Source of the DNA: Dehalococcoidia bacterium
GTDB lineage: Bacteria > Chloroflexota > Dehalococcoidia > UBA2979
NCBI GenBank assembly: GCA_965262725.1
Contig: OZ253555.1
Coordinates: 1,248,001-1,312,000 of the forward strand
DNA: 64,000 nucleotides
Reading direction: 5' to 3'
Under the pieces are notes generated by a model, which did not search any database, had not been told where the DNA came from, and saw only the letters and a program-made list of their open reading frames with translations. Of this stretch, positions 48,711 through 59,769 are shown one piece after another. Every line of letters starts with the position of its first letter. Position 1 is the stretch's first letter. The translations under genes and the position numbers were made by a program.

Positions 48711-49697
48711 GTGGCCGCCTACATCATCCGTCGGCTGCTCTGGCTCCCCTTCATCCTCCTCATCGTCTCGTTCGCGACCTTTGCGATCGCGCGCTTCGGG
48801 CCGGGCGACCCGGCGAGCGTCGCTGCCGGCCAGTTCCGCGACCCGGAGATCCTGGCGCAGGTGCGAGCCGAGCGCGGCCTCGACGGCTCGATCCTCGAGC
48901 AGTACGGGCGCTGGCTCTCGGCGGCCCTGCGCGGCGACTTCGGCGAGTCGTTCCTGCAGCAGGGCTTCTCGGTCTCCGAGCTCATCTTCCCGAAGATGTG
49001 GATCTCGGCGCAGCTCGGCCTGATCGCGCTCGTCATCGTGTTCGCCCTCGGGATCCCGCTCGGGCTCATCGCGTCCCGCCTCTCGGGCACGTGGGTCGAT
49101 CCTTTCGTCATCTCGACGCTGCTGTTCCTGCGGGCGATCCCCGTGATCGTGCTGATCCCGCCGCTGCTCTGGTTCTTCGCCCTGAAGCTGGGTCTGCTTC
49201 CCGTGGGGGGATGGGGTGGGCTCTTCGAGATCTGGTGGATCGGGGGACTGATTGCGATCCCGATCCCCGATCCGCACCTCTATCTCCCTGTCGTGGCGAT
49301 GTCGATCGGCGGGTTCGGGGGCGTGGCGCGGCTTGTTCGCATAACCGCTCTGGAGGTGCAGGGGGAGGACTACATCCGCACCGCGCGCGCGAAGGGACTC
49401 CCCGAGTCCGCGATCGCCGGGCGCCACGTGCTGCCGAACTCGCTGCTGCCGCTCGTCACCGTGATCGGCTTCGCGCTCACCAGCATCATCGAGGGGGCCT
49501 TCTTCGTGGAGGTGCTGCTCGGCATCCCCGGCATCGGCCGCTTCACCTTCGAGGCCGTGGTCTCGCGCGACTATGACGTCATCCTGGCGATGACCGTCAT
49601 CACGTCGTCCGTCTTCGTCCTGATGAACCTCCTCGTTGAGATCTCGTACACCTTCATCGATCCGCGCATCCGCCTTGGCGCCTCCGCGGGAACGTGA
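48711..49697 (+). CDS. oppB: Peptide ABC transporter permease
   Basis: YIIRRLL, PGDP, GDFGES, EDYIRTARAKGL (EAA loop), RDY. Confidence 0.9.
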   Translation: MAAYIIRRLLWLPFILLIVSFATFAIARFGPGDPASVAAGQFRDPEILAQVRAERGLDGSILEQYGRWLSAALRGDFGESFLQQGFSVSELIFPKMWISAQLGLIALVIVFALGIPLGLIASRLSGTWVDPFVISTLLFLRAIPVIVLIPPLLWFFALKLGLLPVGGWGGLFEIWWIGGLIAIPIPDPHLYLPVVAMSIGGFGGVARLVRITALEVQGEDYIRTARAKGLPESAIAGRHVLPNSLLPLVTVIGFALTSIIEGAFFVEVLLGIPGIGRFTFEAVVSRDYDVILAMTVITSSVFVLMNLLVEISYTFIDPRIRLGASAGT

Positions 49698-50674
49698 CGA
49701 GCGCCGTCACCCAGACGCCCGCCGTCCCGAGGGGCGGCGCCGAACCCGGCATCTCTGGGGTGAGTCCCGGCTCGATGCTGTGGCGGCGATTGCGCCGCAA
49801 GCGCCTCGCCGTGGTCTCCATGGTCGTGATCGCGATCATCTACGGTGCGGGCATACTCGCGCCGGTGGCGGCACCATATTCCTACGCCGAGCAGAACCTC
49901 GAGCGAACCCTGGAGGGGCCGAGCGCCGACCACTGGATGGGAACGGACCGGCTCGGGCGCGACATGCTCAGCCGCACGCTCTTCTCGGCGCGCACGACGC
50001 TCATCCTGACGGTGGCCGTCGTTCTGTCCGGCTCCGTGGTGCTCGGCATCGGACTGGGCCTGCTCTCCGGCTACAAGGGCGGCTGGGTAGACGGCGCGAT
50101 CATGCGTGTCGGCGACATCTTCGGCTCCGTGCCCGGCCTCCCGATGTTGATCCTGATCAACGCCACGACCCGCCCGCGCGTGGATGAGCTTGCGCGCTGG
50201 GTCGAGGAGCACACGCTCCTCTCCAACGAGCTCACCACGACCGGCGGCGCCTCCTACTTCACGGTCGCTGTCGCGCTCTCGCTCTTTGCGTGGGTGGGGA
50301 TGGCTCGCGTGATCCGCGCGCAGATCCTGCAGCTCCGCGAGCGCGACTTCGTGCTCGCAGCGCAGGCCACAGGCGCCACGGCAACCCGCGTGATCGGGCG
50401 GCACCTGCTGCCGAACATCGCCTTTCTCATCATCCTCTCGGTCTCGGCCGGGCTCGGCGCGATCGCCGGCTCCGAGATCGTGCTGACCTGGTTCGGGGTC
50501 GGAGTGCAGCCCCCGGCCGCCTCCTTCGGGCAGATGATCTTCGAGGGGTCGGGCGCACGGACGTTCCAGGCGCATCCGCACCTGCTTCTGGTCCCCGCCA
50601 TCGTCGTGACGGCGCTGATGTTCGCTTTCAATCTCCTCGGAGACGCACTCAACGACGCGATGCGCGGCCAGTAG
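49694..50674 (+). CDS. oppC: Peptide ABC transporter permease
   Basis: HWMGTDRLGRDMLSR, RERDFVLAAQATGA, FNLLGDALND. Confidence 0.9.
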   Translation: MTSAVTQTPAVPRGGAEPGISGVSPGSMLWRRLRRKRLAVVSMVVIAIIYGAGILAPVAAPYSYAEQNLERTLEGPSADHWMGTDRLGRDMLSRTLFSARTTLILTVAVVLSGSVVLGIGLGLLSGYKGGWVDGAIMRVGDIFGSVPGLPMLILINATTRPRVDELARWVEEHTLLSNELTTTGGASYFTVAVALSLFAWVGMARVIRAQILQLRERDFVLAAQATGATATRVIGRHLLPNIAFLIILSVSAGLGAIAGSEIVLTWFGVGVQPPAASFGQMIFEGSGARTFQAHPHLLLVPAIVVTALMFAFNLLGDALNDAMRGQ

Positions 50675-50966
50675 GATCCGATCGGTCATCGTCTCGGCCC
50701 TGCCGACCGACCACGCCCGCGCCGGCTGAGCACGCCGACGCCCGATGCGTGGCGGCCGGATCGCGGTGCTCGGTTCGGGGTTCGCCGGGTGATCCGAGCG
50801 GCCCCCGGAGGGTCCCGCGGCGGCGGCGGCGGGTGCCTGGGACCGAAGGGAGCGGATGATATACTCGGTCGGAATCGGCGAGCGCGCGGGCCGCGGCCGT
50901 CTTGGGGCGGCCGCGTTGCGTAAGTGGACCGATGTGAACACTCGACCGACGAGGGGAACGCACCGC

Positions 50967-52445
50967 GTGGTGGTGACGACCGAGCGGCTTCCACGCTGCC
51001 AAGTCTCGCTGTCGATCGAGGTCGCGCCCGAGCGCGTCGAAGCCTCGATGGAGACGGCGGCGCGGCGCATCTCCGAGAAGGTGAAAATCCGCGGCTTTCG
51101 GCCCGGGAGGGCGCCGCGCCCAGTCGTCGAGCAGACCGTCGGTCGCGGCGCCGTACTCCAGGAGGCGCTCGACCAGCTCGTTCCCGACGTCTACCGGGAG
51201 GCCCTCGAATCCGAGTCCATCGAGCCGGTCGACCAGCCCGATATCGAGCTCACCTCGACCGAGCCCCTCGTGGTCAAGGCCACAGTGCCGGTCCGTCCGT
51301 CGATCGAGCTCCGAGACTACGCCACGCTGCGCGTGCCGAGGCCGGAACCCCGCTCCGCCGAGCCCGTGGTCGAGGAGACGCTTGAGGGGCTGCGCCGGCG
51401 CTATGCCACGCTGGAGCCGGTCGATCGCGCCATCGCCTGGAACGACACCGTGCGCGCCGACATCACCATTGTCTTCCCCGGGCGGGAGGATCCCGACACG
51501 GAGGAGGACGCCGAGTTCTCCGTCCGCGAGGAGCATGCAGGCCCGCTCCCGGGGTTCCTCGAACGGTTGATCGGCCTCAAGCGCGGCGGTCCGCACGAGT
51601 TCACCGTCGACATCCCGGACGACTACCCGCTTGAGGATCGCGCCGGCGAAGCCGCGAGTTGCCGCGTGACGATCCACGACGTGAAGGAGGAGATCCTCCC
51701 AGATCTCGACGAGGATTTCGCGCGTTCCCTCGACGAGGGCTACGACAGCGTCGACGCGCTGCGCGCGAGCCTTCTGGAGCGGACGGCGGAGCGCCTCGCC
51801 GAGGAGTCGCTCCGCGAGTACCGGATGGAGCTCCTCGACCTGCTCGTCTCCCACGCGGAGCTCGACTACCCGGACGTCCTGGTCGAACGGCAGGTCGATC
51901 GCATGATCGACGAGCGGTCCAACCACGCCTCGCATACGCGCGAGGGGCTGGAGGAATGGCTTGTCGCCATCGGGCAGACGGAGGAGGAAGTACGCGAGGC
52001 GCTGCGCGACGCGGCCGATCACGCCGTCCGGCGCTCGCTCGTGCTCTCCGAGTTCGTCCGCGCCGAGGGGCTGGCCGTGGAGTCCTCGGCGATCGATGCC
52101 GAAGTGGAGAGGACCGTCGGTCTGGTCGAGGAGGATGCCCCCGGCCTCACGCCCGAGAACGCGCAGAGGTGGCGCCAGCTCGTCGAGTCGGAGGAGAGCC
52201 GCGCGAACATCGCGGAGCAGCTACTGACGACCCTGGCGATGGGCCGGCTCGTCCAAATCGCGGAGGAACCACCTGTGGAGGGCGACGGGGGCACGGCGCC
52301 CAGGCGGCGCACCGCCCGCCGTCGCCGCGCACGGACGACCGCCGCCGCGACGGAGGATGCGGGCGGGTCCGACGCCGACGAGGCGGATGCAGCCGAGGCG
52401 TCGGTCGGCGAGGGGGCGGAGCAGGCGGGCGACTCCCCCGGCTAG
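50967..52445 (+). CDS. tig: Trigger factor
   Basis: [11 protein letters not shown] ribosome-binding motif; lies upstream of clpP-clpX. The GTG start is inferred. Confidence 0.93.
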   Translation: MVVTTERLPRCQVSLSIEVAPERVEASMETAARRISEKVKIRGFRPGRAPRPVVEQTVGRGAVLQEALDQLVPDVYREALESESIEPVDQPDIELTSTEPLVVKATVPVRPSIELRDYATLRVPRPEPRSAEPVVEETLEGLRRRYATLEPVDRAIAWNDTVRADITIVFPGREDPDTEEDAEFSVREEHAGPLPGFLERLIGLKRGGPHEFTVDIPDDYPLEDRAGEAASCRVTIHDVKEEILPDLDEDFARSLDEGYDSVDALRASLLERTAERLAEESLREYRMELLDLLVSHAELDYPDVLVERQVDRMIDERSNHASHTREGLEEWLVAIGQTEEEVREALRDAADHAVRRSLVLSEFVRAEGLAVESSAIDAEVERTVGLVEEDAPGLTPENAQRWRQLVESEESRANIAEQLLTTLAMGRLVQIAEEPPVEGDGGTAPRRRTARRRRARTTAAATEDAGGSDADEADAAEASVGEGAEQAGDSPG

Positions 52446-52590
52446 CGAGGGAATGCAGCGTGCGCGTCGCCTCTCGCGGGGATGCGTGGTACGGGCGGCG
52501 GGATGCCGCCCCGGAACGGGATGGCCAGTGAGAGAGATCCGCTTTCGTCAGGAGATCGTCGAGCACGCCGGGATCGGTCGCCCTTCCGCG

Positions 52591-53199
52591 ATGGATCCCG
52601 GACGCCCGGCGGCGATTGTGCCGATGGTCGTCGAGACGAGCGCGCGTGGCGAGCGCGCGTACGACATCTACTCCCTCCTGCTGAAGGAGCGGATCGTCTT
52701 CCTGGGGACCCCCATCGATGACCACGTCGCGAACACCATCATCGCCCAGTTCCTCTATCTCGACCGGGAGGACCCGGACCGCGATATCCACCTCTACATC
52801 AACTCGCCGGGCGGGCAGATCTATGCCGGCCTCGCCATCTACGACACGATGCGGCTGATCCGCGCCGACGTCTCGACGATCGCCGTTGGTGTTACCGCCT
52901 CGATGGCGACCGTGCTGCTCTCCGCTGGGGCCTCCGGCAAGCGCTACGCGCTGCCCCACGCGACCGTGCACATGCACCAGGCGCTCGGAGGGGCGCAGGG
53001 TCAGGCGCGCGACGTGGAGATCGCGGCGAAGGAGATCCTGCGCAACAACGAGCTCATCCGGAACATCCTCGTGGAGCAGACGGGGCAGACTGTGGAGAAG
53101 GTCCAGACCGATTTTGACCGCGATTTCTACATGGACGCGAATCAGGCGCGTGACTATGGGATGGTCGACGAGCTGCTGACACCGGGATCCGGGACCTGA
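52591..53199 (+). CDS. clpP: ATP-dependent Clp protease proteolytic subunit (start uncertain)
   Basis: [38 protein letters not shown]. Confidence 0.97.
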   Translation: MDPGRPAAIVPMVVETSARGERAYDIYSLLLKERIVFLGTPIDDHVANTIIAQFLYLDREDPDRDIHLYINSPGGQIYAGLAIYDTMRLIRADVSTIAVGVTASMATVLLSAGASGKRYALPHATVHMHQALGGAQGQARDVEIAAKEILRNNELIRNILVEQTGQTVEKVQTDFDRDFYMDANQARDYGMVDELLTPGSGT

Positions 53200-53296
53200 G
53201 AGCGGCAGGGCGGCCCGCCGGGGCAGTGGTGGGGAGTCGTGACCGCATGATCGCGGAGACGGGGGCCGGGGGACCGGCCCCGCGACGCGGGAGCGG

Positions 53297-54628
<1,332 letters not shown>

Positions 54629-54705
54629 CGTCCGCGCCGATCGGGGTCCCGAACCGCTCATCTCCCGGGGTGGCGCCGACGGCGGTGCATGCGCCGCGCG
54701 CGCGA

Positions 54706-54711
54706 TATGCT
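54706..54711 (+). promoter_or_regulatory. Candidate -10 element (TATGCT) for a leaderless transcript starting at ATG 54718
   Basis: TAnnnT plus 6 nt plus ATG, the same geometry as priA, hemW and several other genes in this window. Confidence 0.55.
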
Positions 54712-54717
54712 CCCCCG

Positions 54718-55699
54718 ATGACGCAATCATCCACGTCGCGCGGATGCCGCGGCCTCCCCGACGGGATCGCGACGGCGCGCGCGTCGCTTCACGCCGTGTT
54801 CGAGTCCGTGCTGCGTGCGTCCGGAAGTCGAAGGGGTGGTGACGTGATGACGTGACCGGTCCGGAGACATGCTCGTTGCTGCCAGCCGGTGAGAGTCCGG
54901 CACGGGTAACTGTCAGGAGGCCCGTTAGCAGGTCGGCGGCGTGGACGGGAAACGGTCTGCGTCGAAGCCCGACGTCAAGAGCCCTATGAGGGGGAGCAAA
55001 CGTGCGGTCCGCAGCATGACGCGAAGTCTGCCGCGCCGTGAGACTCGCCTGTCTATTGACAGGACCAAGGAGGAGCCGAGCCCGGGTGGTCAGGGCGAAG
55101 GCCATGGACGAGGTGAAGATCCTGGAATGCAGCCTCAAGAAACCTCCCGGCGTATGGGACGTGGAACGTACGGAAGGTAGCGACGGGAACCGGAGAAGCC
55201 CTCCCCGGCCCGGCACCCTGTGAGAGGGCGTCGGAGCGAGGCGTCCTATAACCGGTCAGAGCCGGGAAGTGGACAGCCAGCCGGAAGGGTGGCGGAGGGG
55301 GTCGTAGTACCGCTGGAGCCGGACGGACAACATAACCGCCGGTGATGGGAAGGACCCCTACTTTGTCCGTGCATGTTGCTGGGGGTGTGGACTGGTGAGT
55401 GCCCCTCGGGGCTAGCAACCACTTGGTAGGGTTCGAGGCTCTCCGCACATGCTGTACCGGCTGGCCAAGGCACGACCCACGTTGTGGGGAGCGCTGCATG
55501 CCATCTGGTGAAGGGCATCGGTGAGCCGGATGAGGGAGAACCTCACGTCCGGTTCGATGTGGCAGGGGCTGGAGACGGACGCTGCTATGGCCGTGGAGTT
55601 GGGCACCACCGGGAAACCGGCTTGGAACTGATGCGCCACCGCCTACGGCTCGCACCGCGCCAGCCCCTGACCCTACCGTGGAGGATCCGGTCCGTATGA
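54718..55699 (+). CDS. Putative intron-split 39-aa leader ORF (exon 1 54718-54814, exon 2 55677-55699)
   Basis: Joined exons read MTQSSTSRGCRGLPDGIATARASLHAVFESVLPWRIRSV*. 33 of 38 codons after the ATG end in G/C. The stop TGA 55697-55699 overlaps the nadK ATG. Confidence 0.45.
54815..55676 (+). mobile_element. ORF-less group II intron (self-splicing ribozyme, IIB-like, resembling bacterial class E/F)
   Basis: 5' GTGCG. Domain V GAGCCGGATGAGGGAGAACCTCACGTCCGGTTC (55523-55555) has the AGC triad and AC bulge. Domain VI stem CAGGGGCTGG/CCAGCCCCTG has a candidate branch A at 55670, and the 3' end reads CCCTAC. Domain III GGGGGTCGTAGTACC...GGGAAGGACCCC is present. No RT ORF. Confidence 0.92.
55431..55511 (+). 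pseudogene. Fused N- and C-terminal stubs of the deleted intron-encoded reverse transcriptase/maturase
   Basis: In domain IV: VRGSPHMLYRLAKARP-TLWGALHAIW*, resembling the VRxLQxxLYRAAK N-terminus and the ...HA..* end just before domain V in intron RTs. Confidence 0.6.
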
Positions 55700-56568
55700 G
55701 CGCGCGCCGCGTCGTTGTCTGCTACCACCCCGGCATCGCCGGCGCGCGTGACCTGGCGGAGGGGATCTCGGAGCAGCTCCGTCGCGCCGCGTGCGAGCCG
55801 TGGATCGTCCCGCTCGGCGACGAGGGCGCGGTGGGCGTCGATCTCGCGGCTCAGGCGGAGGGCGCCGCTCTCCTGGTCTGTGTGGGAGGCGACGGAACCG
55901 TCCTGCGTGCCTCGGAGGCGGCGGGCCTCACCGGCACCCCGATCTTCGGCGTGCGCATGGGGCGCCTCGGCTTCCTGACGGAGGCGACGCCGCCGGGCGC
56001 CCAGTCGGCGCTCTCGAGAGTCCTCGCCGGCGAGGGGCGCGTCGAGGAGCGTGCACTGGTGCTCGCCACCATCGACGGCGGCGAGCCGTTGCACGCGCTC
56101 AACGACGTTGTGATCGGGCGTCGCTCGCTTGGGCACACGATCTCGGTCGGTGCGCGGCTCGACGGCGTTCTGATCGCCGAGTACCGCGCCGACGCCGTCA
56201 TCGTCGCGACCGCCACCGGCTCCACCGGCTACACGCTCTCGATCGGCGGGCCGGTGCTCACGCCGACGTCGCGGGAGCTGATCCTGATGCCGCTCGCGCC
56301 GCACCTGACGTCGCACAACCCGCTCGTCCTGCCCGGCGACACGAGGATTTCGCTCGAGGTCGCGCGCGGCGATGGGATGGTGGTCGTGGACGGCGTGCAC
56401 GAGCGCGCCATCGAGTCGGGCCAGCGCATCGAGGTGACAGGTTCGCCGCGCCGCGCCCGCTTCGCTCGGCTCGGGGACGAGGGTCAGTTCTATTCGAATG
56501 TCGCCGATCGGCTCGGCTGGCTTCGCTCCGACCACACGCTCGGCGCCGCGGGCGGCGAGCGACAGTAG
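55696..56568 (+). CDS. nadK: NAD(+) kinase
   Basis: GGDGTVL, MGRLGFLTE, ALNDVV, DAVIVATATGSTGYTLSIGGP. Confidence 0.95.
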   Translation: MSARRVVVCYHPGIAGARDLAEGISEQLRRAACEPWIVPLGDEGAVGVDLAAQAEGAALLVCVGGDGTVLRASEAAGLTGTPIFGVRMGRLGFLTEATPPGAQSALSRVLAGEGRVEERALVLATIDGGEPLHALNDVVIGRRSLGHTISVGARLDGVLIAEYRADAVIVATATGSTGYTLSIGGPVLTPTSRELILMPLAPHLTSHNPLVLPGDTRISLEVARGDGMVVVDGVHERAIESGQRIEVTGSPRRARFARLGDEGQFYSNVADRLGWLRSDHTLGAAGGERQ

Positions 56569-56690
56569 GGGAGGTCCTTCCCCGCCCCCGGCGGCACACG
56601 GCGCTCGACATCCCTGGCCCGCCGCTCCGCTCCGCCGGCGAGTGCCGTCTCGCAGATGTCGCCGCCGCTTTGCCGTATTCTTGATGGACC

Positions 56691-57266
56691 ATGATCGAGG
56701 GCGAGACCAGTGCGATCGCGCCGCAGCCGGGGACGGGTCCGGCCGGGGTGCGGATCGAGCGAGCCACGGTGCACGACGCGCGCGACATCTGCGCGCTCAT
56801 CAACGTGTGGGCGGCGCAGGGGCAGATGCTGCCCCGCACGCTCGGCGAGACCTACGAGAACATCCGGGACTTTTTCGTCGTGCGGGAAGGCGGACGCCTC
56901 GTCGGCTGCGCCGCGCTCCACATCACATGGTCCGATCTCGCCGAGCTCAAGTCGCTCGCCGTGGATGAGCAGCGCCAGTCGTCGGGGTACGGTCGGGCGC
57001 TGGCGGAGGCGTGTGTCGCCGAGGGCCGGGCGCTCGGGCTTCAGCGGCTTTTCGCGCTCACCTATCGACCCGGCTTCTTCGAGCGGCTCGGCTGGGAGCA
57101 GGCCGACGTGATGTCGCTCCCGCGCAAGGTCTGGAACGAGTGCTACCGCTGCCCGAAGTTCCCGGGCTGCGAGGAGATAGCGATGGTCCTCGATCTCGAC
57201 GAGTCCTCCGCTCCCCTCACGCCACTGCCGCTCGCGACCGATCGCGGGGACGGCTCCGGCGCGTGA
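56691..57266 (+). CDS. argA: Short GNAT-type amino-acid N-acetyltransferase (N-acetylglutamate synthase-like)
   Basis: MLPRTLGETYENIRDFFV, LAELKSLAV, LFALTY, LPRKVWNECYRCPKFPGCEEIAM. Confidence 0.8.
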   Translation: MIEGETSAIAPQPGTGPAGVRIERATVHDARDICALINVWAAQGQMLPRTLGETYENIRDFFVVREGGRLVGCAALHITWSDLAELKSLAVDEQRQSSGYGRALAEACVAEGRALGLQRLFALTYRPGFFERLGWEQADVMSLPRKVWNECYRCPKFPGCEEIAMVLDLDESSAPLTPLPLATDRGDGSGA

Positions 57267-57823
57267 GTAACGCCCCGGGGCCGACTGTTGTCACGAGGGA
57301 GAGGCTCCTCTCGACGAGGACCGTCGATGTGGAGCGCTCGCTGTTCCGCCTCGCGGACGGCCGCGAGACGGAGCGGATCGTCGTGCGGCACCCGGGCGCG
57401 GTCGCGATCGTCGCACTCGACGACCAGGAGCGGTGGCTCCTCGTGCGGCAACATCGCTACGCCGCCGGCCGCGAGCTCCTCGAGATCCCCGCCGGCACGC
57501 GTGAGCCGGGCGAGGCACCCGAGGTGACTGCTGCACGCGAGCTGCGGGAGGAGACGGGCTTCGCTGCGCGGGACCTCACGCCCCTCGGTGGCTTCTACAC
57601 TGCGCCCGGGTTCTGCGACGAGTTCATTCATCTCTTTCTCGCGCGCGGGCTCACCCGGGACCCTCTCCCCCAGGACCACGATGAGGAGATCAGCGAGCCG
57701 GTCGCAGTCACACCGGCCGGGGTCCTTAGCGCTGCGGCGTCGGGCGAGATCGAGGACGCGAAGACGCTCTCGGCGGTCGCGCTGATGTCCGCGCGAGGTG
57801 GGCCCGGAGCGCCGCGGCCGTAA
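57263..57823 (+). CDS. NUDIX hydrolase (ADP-ribose pyrophosphatase-like)
   Basis: VRHPGAVAIV, QHRY, EIPAG...AARELREETG, APGFCDE, IEDAKT; GTGA overlap with the argA stop. Confidence 0.9.
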   Translation: MSNAPGPTVVTRERLLSTRTVDVERSLFRLADGRETERIVVRHPGAVAIVALDDQERWLLVRQHRYAAGRELLEIPAGTREPGEAPEVTAARELREETGFAARDLTPLGGFYTAPGFCDEFIHLFLARGLTRDPLPQDHDEEISEPVAVTPAGVLSAAASGEIEDAKTLSAVALMSARGGPGAPRP

Positions 57824-57994
57824 ACCCGCCGACCGGTCTCGCCGTCCGCCCGGCGTGCGGCCTCCTGATGGGCGGCGGGCTGCCCCCGGGGGCGGATCCG
57901 CGCGCTTGACCATGACTGCCGCCGCGGGAATAGTGGGGCCGTCAGGCCGGGAACGTCGCGTTCGGCGGCCGGTTGCTCGGGATGAGAGGCGCAC

Positions 57995-59755
57995 GTGGCT
58001 GGCGACCTTCAGCACGACCTGCTCATCGTAGGCGGCGGCGGCGCGGGGCTCCGAGCCGTGATCGCCGCCGCCGAGGCCTACCCGGATCTCGACATCGCGA
58101 TGCTCTCCAAGGTCTACCCGATGCGCAGCCACACGGTCTCCGCCGAGGGCGGGGCCGCAGCCGTGATCAAGGATGACGACTCCTTCGAGGACCATATCCA
58201 CGACACGATCAGTGGCGCCGACTGGCTCGCCGACCAGGATGCCGTCGAGTCCTTCGTGCGCGAGGCTCCGGGCGAGATGATCCAACTCGAGCACTGGGGC
58301 TGCCCGTGGAGCCGGGAGGAGGACGGGAGCGTCGCCGTCCGCCCGTTCGGCGGGATGCGTATCCGCCGCACGTGGTACGCCGCCGACAAGACCGGCTTCC
58401 ACATGTTGCACGCGCTGTTCCAGACGTCGCTCAGGTACACGCAGGTCAAGCGCTACGACGAGTGGTTCGCGACGCGCCTGCTCGTCGAGGACGGGCGCTG
58501 CCAGGGCGTCGCCGCGATCGAACTGCGCACCGGCGTGATGCGCGTGATCAAGGCGAAGGCCGTGATTCTCTGCACCGGCGGCGGCGGCCGCGTCTTCCCC
58601 TTCACGACCAACGCCGCCATCAAGACCGGCGACGGCATGGCGATGGCCTACCGCGCCGGCGTCGCCCTCAAGGACATGGAGTTCGTCCAGTACCACCCCA
58701 CCGGCCTGCCCGGCACGGGCATCCTCATCACCGAGGCCGCCCGCGGCGAGGGCGGCATTCTCGTCAACAGCGAGGGGCGGCGCTACCTCCAGGACTACAA
58801 CCTCGGCGAACCGATCGAGGTGACCGACCTGCGCCACCCGCAGTTGCGCACCATGGAGCTGGGCCCGCGCGACAAGCTCTCACAGGCGTTCATGCAGGAG
58901 CAGGAAGCGGGCCGGGTCTTCGAGGGTGAGTACGGCACCTACACGCACCTCGACGTTCGGCACCTCGGCGAGCGCCTGATCAACGAGCGCATCCCGTTTG
59001 TGCGCGAGCTGGCGAAGGACTACGCGGGGATCGATCCGGTGTACGCACCGATTCCCGTCCGACCTGTCGTGCACTACATGATGGGCGGCATCCACACCGA
59101 CACGAGCGGCGCCACGAGTCTGCCGGGTCTGTACGCCGCCGGCGAGTGCGCCTGTGTCAGCATCAACGGCGCGAATCGCCTCGGCTCGAACTCCCTGACC
59201 GAGCTGCTCGTATTCGGCCGGCGCGCCGGTCATGCGGCCGCCGCGTGGGCCGAGGAGCACCCTGAGTTCGACAGCGCCTCGATCGAAGCGCAGGGGGCGG
59301 ATGAACAGGCGCGCATCGCCTCCAGCTACCTCAGGCCGCGCGAGGGCGGCGAGCGGCTCGCCGCGGTTCGCCGCGAGCTCAACGCTACGATGGAAGAGGG
59401 CGCCGGCGTCTACCGCGACCATGCCAGGCTTGAGGCGACCACGCAGAAGGTCGCGGAGCTCAGGGAACGTGCTGCGCATCTCGCGCTCGACGACCACAGT
59501 GCGAGCTTCAACACGGAGCTCACGGCCGCGCTCGAGCTCGAGTTCCTCCTTGACGTCGGGGAGGCGGTGGCTCACTCCGCGCTCGCGCGCACGGAGTCGC
59601 GCGGCTCGCATCAGCGCACGGACTACCCGAAGCGCGACGATGAGCGGTTTCTCAAGCACTCGCTCGCTTACCGTACGGACGGTGCGCCCCGCATCGAGCA
59701 TTCGGACGTGACGATCACGAACTGGCCGCCGGCGGAACGGACCTACGGGAGCTAG
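57995..59755 (+). CDS. frdA: Fumarate reductase/succinate dehydrogenase flavoprotein subunit
   Basis: [17 protein letters not shown] (covalent-FAD His), [32 protein letters not shown]. Confidence 0.93.
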   Translation: MAGDLQHDLLIVGGGGAGLRAVIAAAEAYPDLDIAMLSKVYPMRSHTVSAEGGAAAVIKDDDSFEDHIHDTISGADWLADQDAVESFVREAPGEMIQLEHWGCPWSREEDGSVAVRPFGGMRIRRTWYAADKTGFHMLHALFQTSLRYTQVKRYDEWFATRLLVEDGRCQGVAAIELRTGVMRVIKAKAVILCTGGGGRVFPFTTNAAIKTGDGMAMAYRAGVALKDMEFVQYHPTGLPGTGILITEAARGEGGILVNSEGRRYLQDYNLGEPIEVTDLRHPQLRTMELGPRDKLSQAFMQEQEAGRVFEGEYGTYTHLDVRHLGERLINERIPFVRELAKDYAGIDPVYAPIPVRPVVHYMMGGIHTDTSGATSLPGLYAAGECACVSINGANRLGSNSLTELLVFGRRAGHAAAAWAEEHPEFDSASIEAQGADEQARIASSYLRPREGGERLAAVRRELNATMEEGAGVYRDHARLEATTQKVAELRERAAHLALDDHSASFNTELTAALELEFLLDVGEAVAHSALARTESRGSHQRTDYPKRDDERFLKHSLAYRTDGAPRIEHSDVTITNWPPAERTYGS

Positions 59756-59769
59756 CGACGGGAGGCGCC

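Noticed and set aside
46953-50674. oppABC without ATPase subunits as a novel transporter
   Set aside because: Peptide ABC operons often share ATPases encoded elsewhere, so this is not unusual on its own.
50675-50966. tRNA gene upstream of tig, a common arrangement
   Set aside because: No cloverleaf or T-arm/CCA pattern found; only a TATACT -10 and a GC hairpin.
54852-54870. Alternative intron 5' end at GTGACCGGTCCGGA (the GTCCGGA motif is duplicated)
   Set aside because: It does not fit GUGYG. The 54815 start fits the consensus, can pair with CGACGGGA at the end of domain I, and gives a sensible IBS2.
54941-55655. Short ORFs inside the clpX-nadK spacer as proteins or an intron RT
   Set aside because: They overlie the structured intron RNA and contain no RT motifs (no YADD or PQG). 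Only the short stub at 55431-55511 resembles an IEP.
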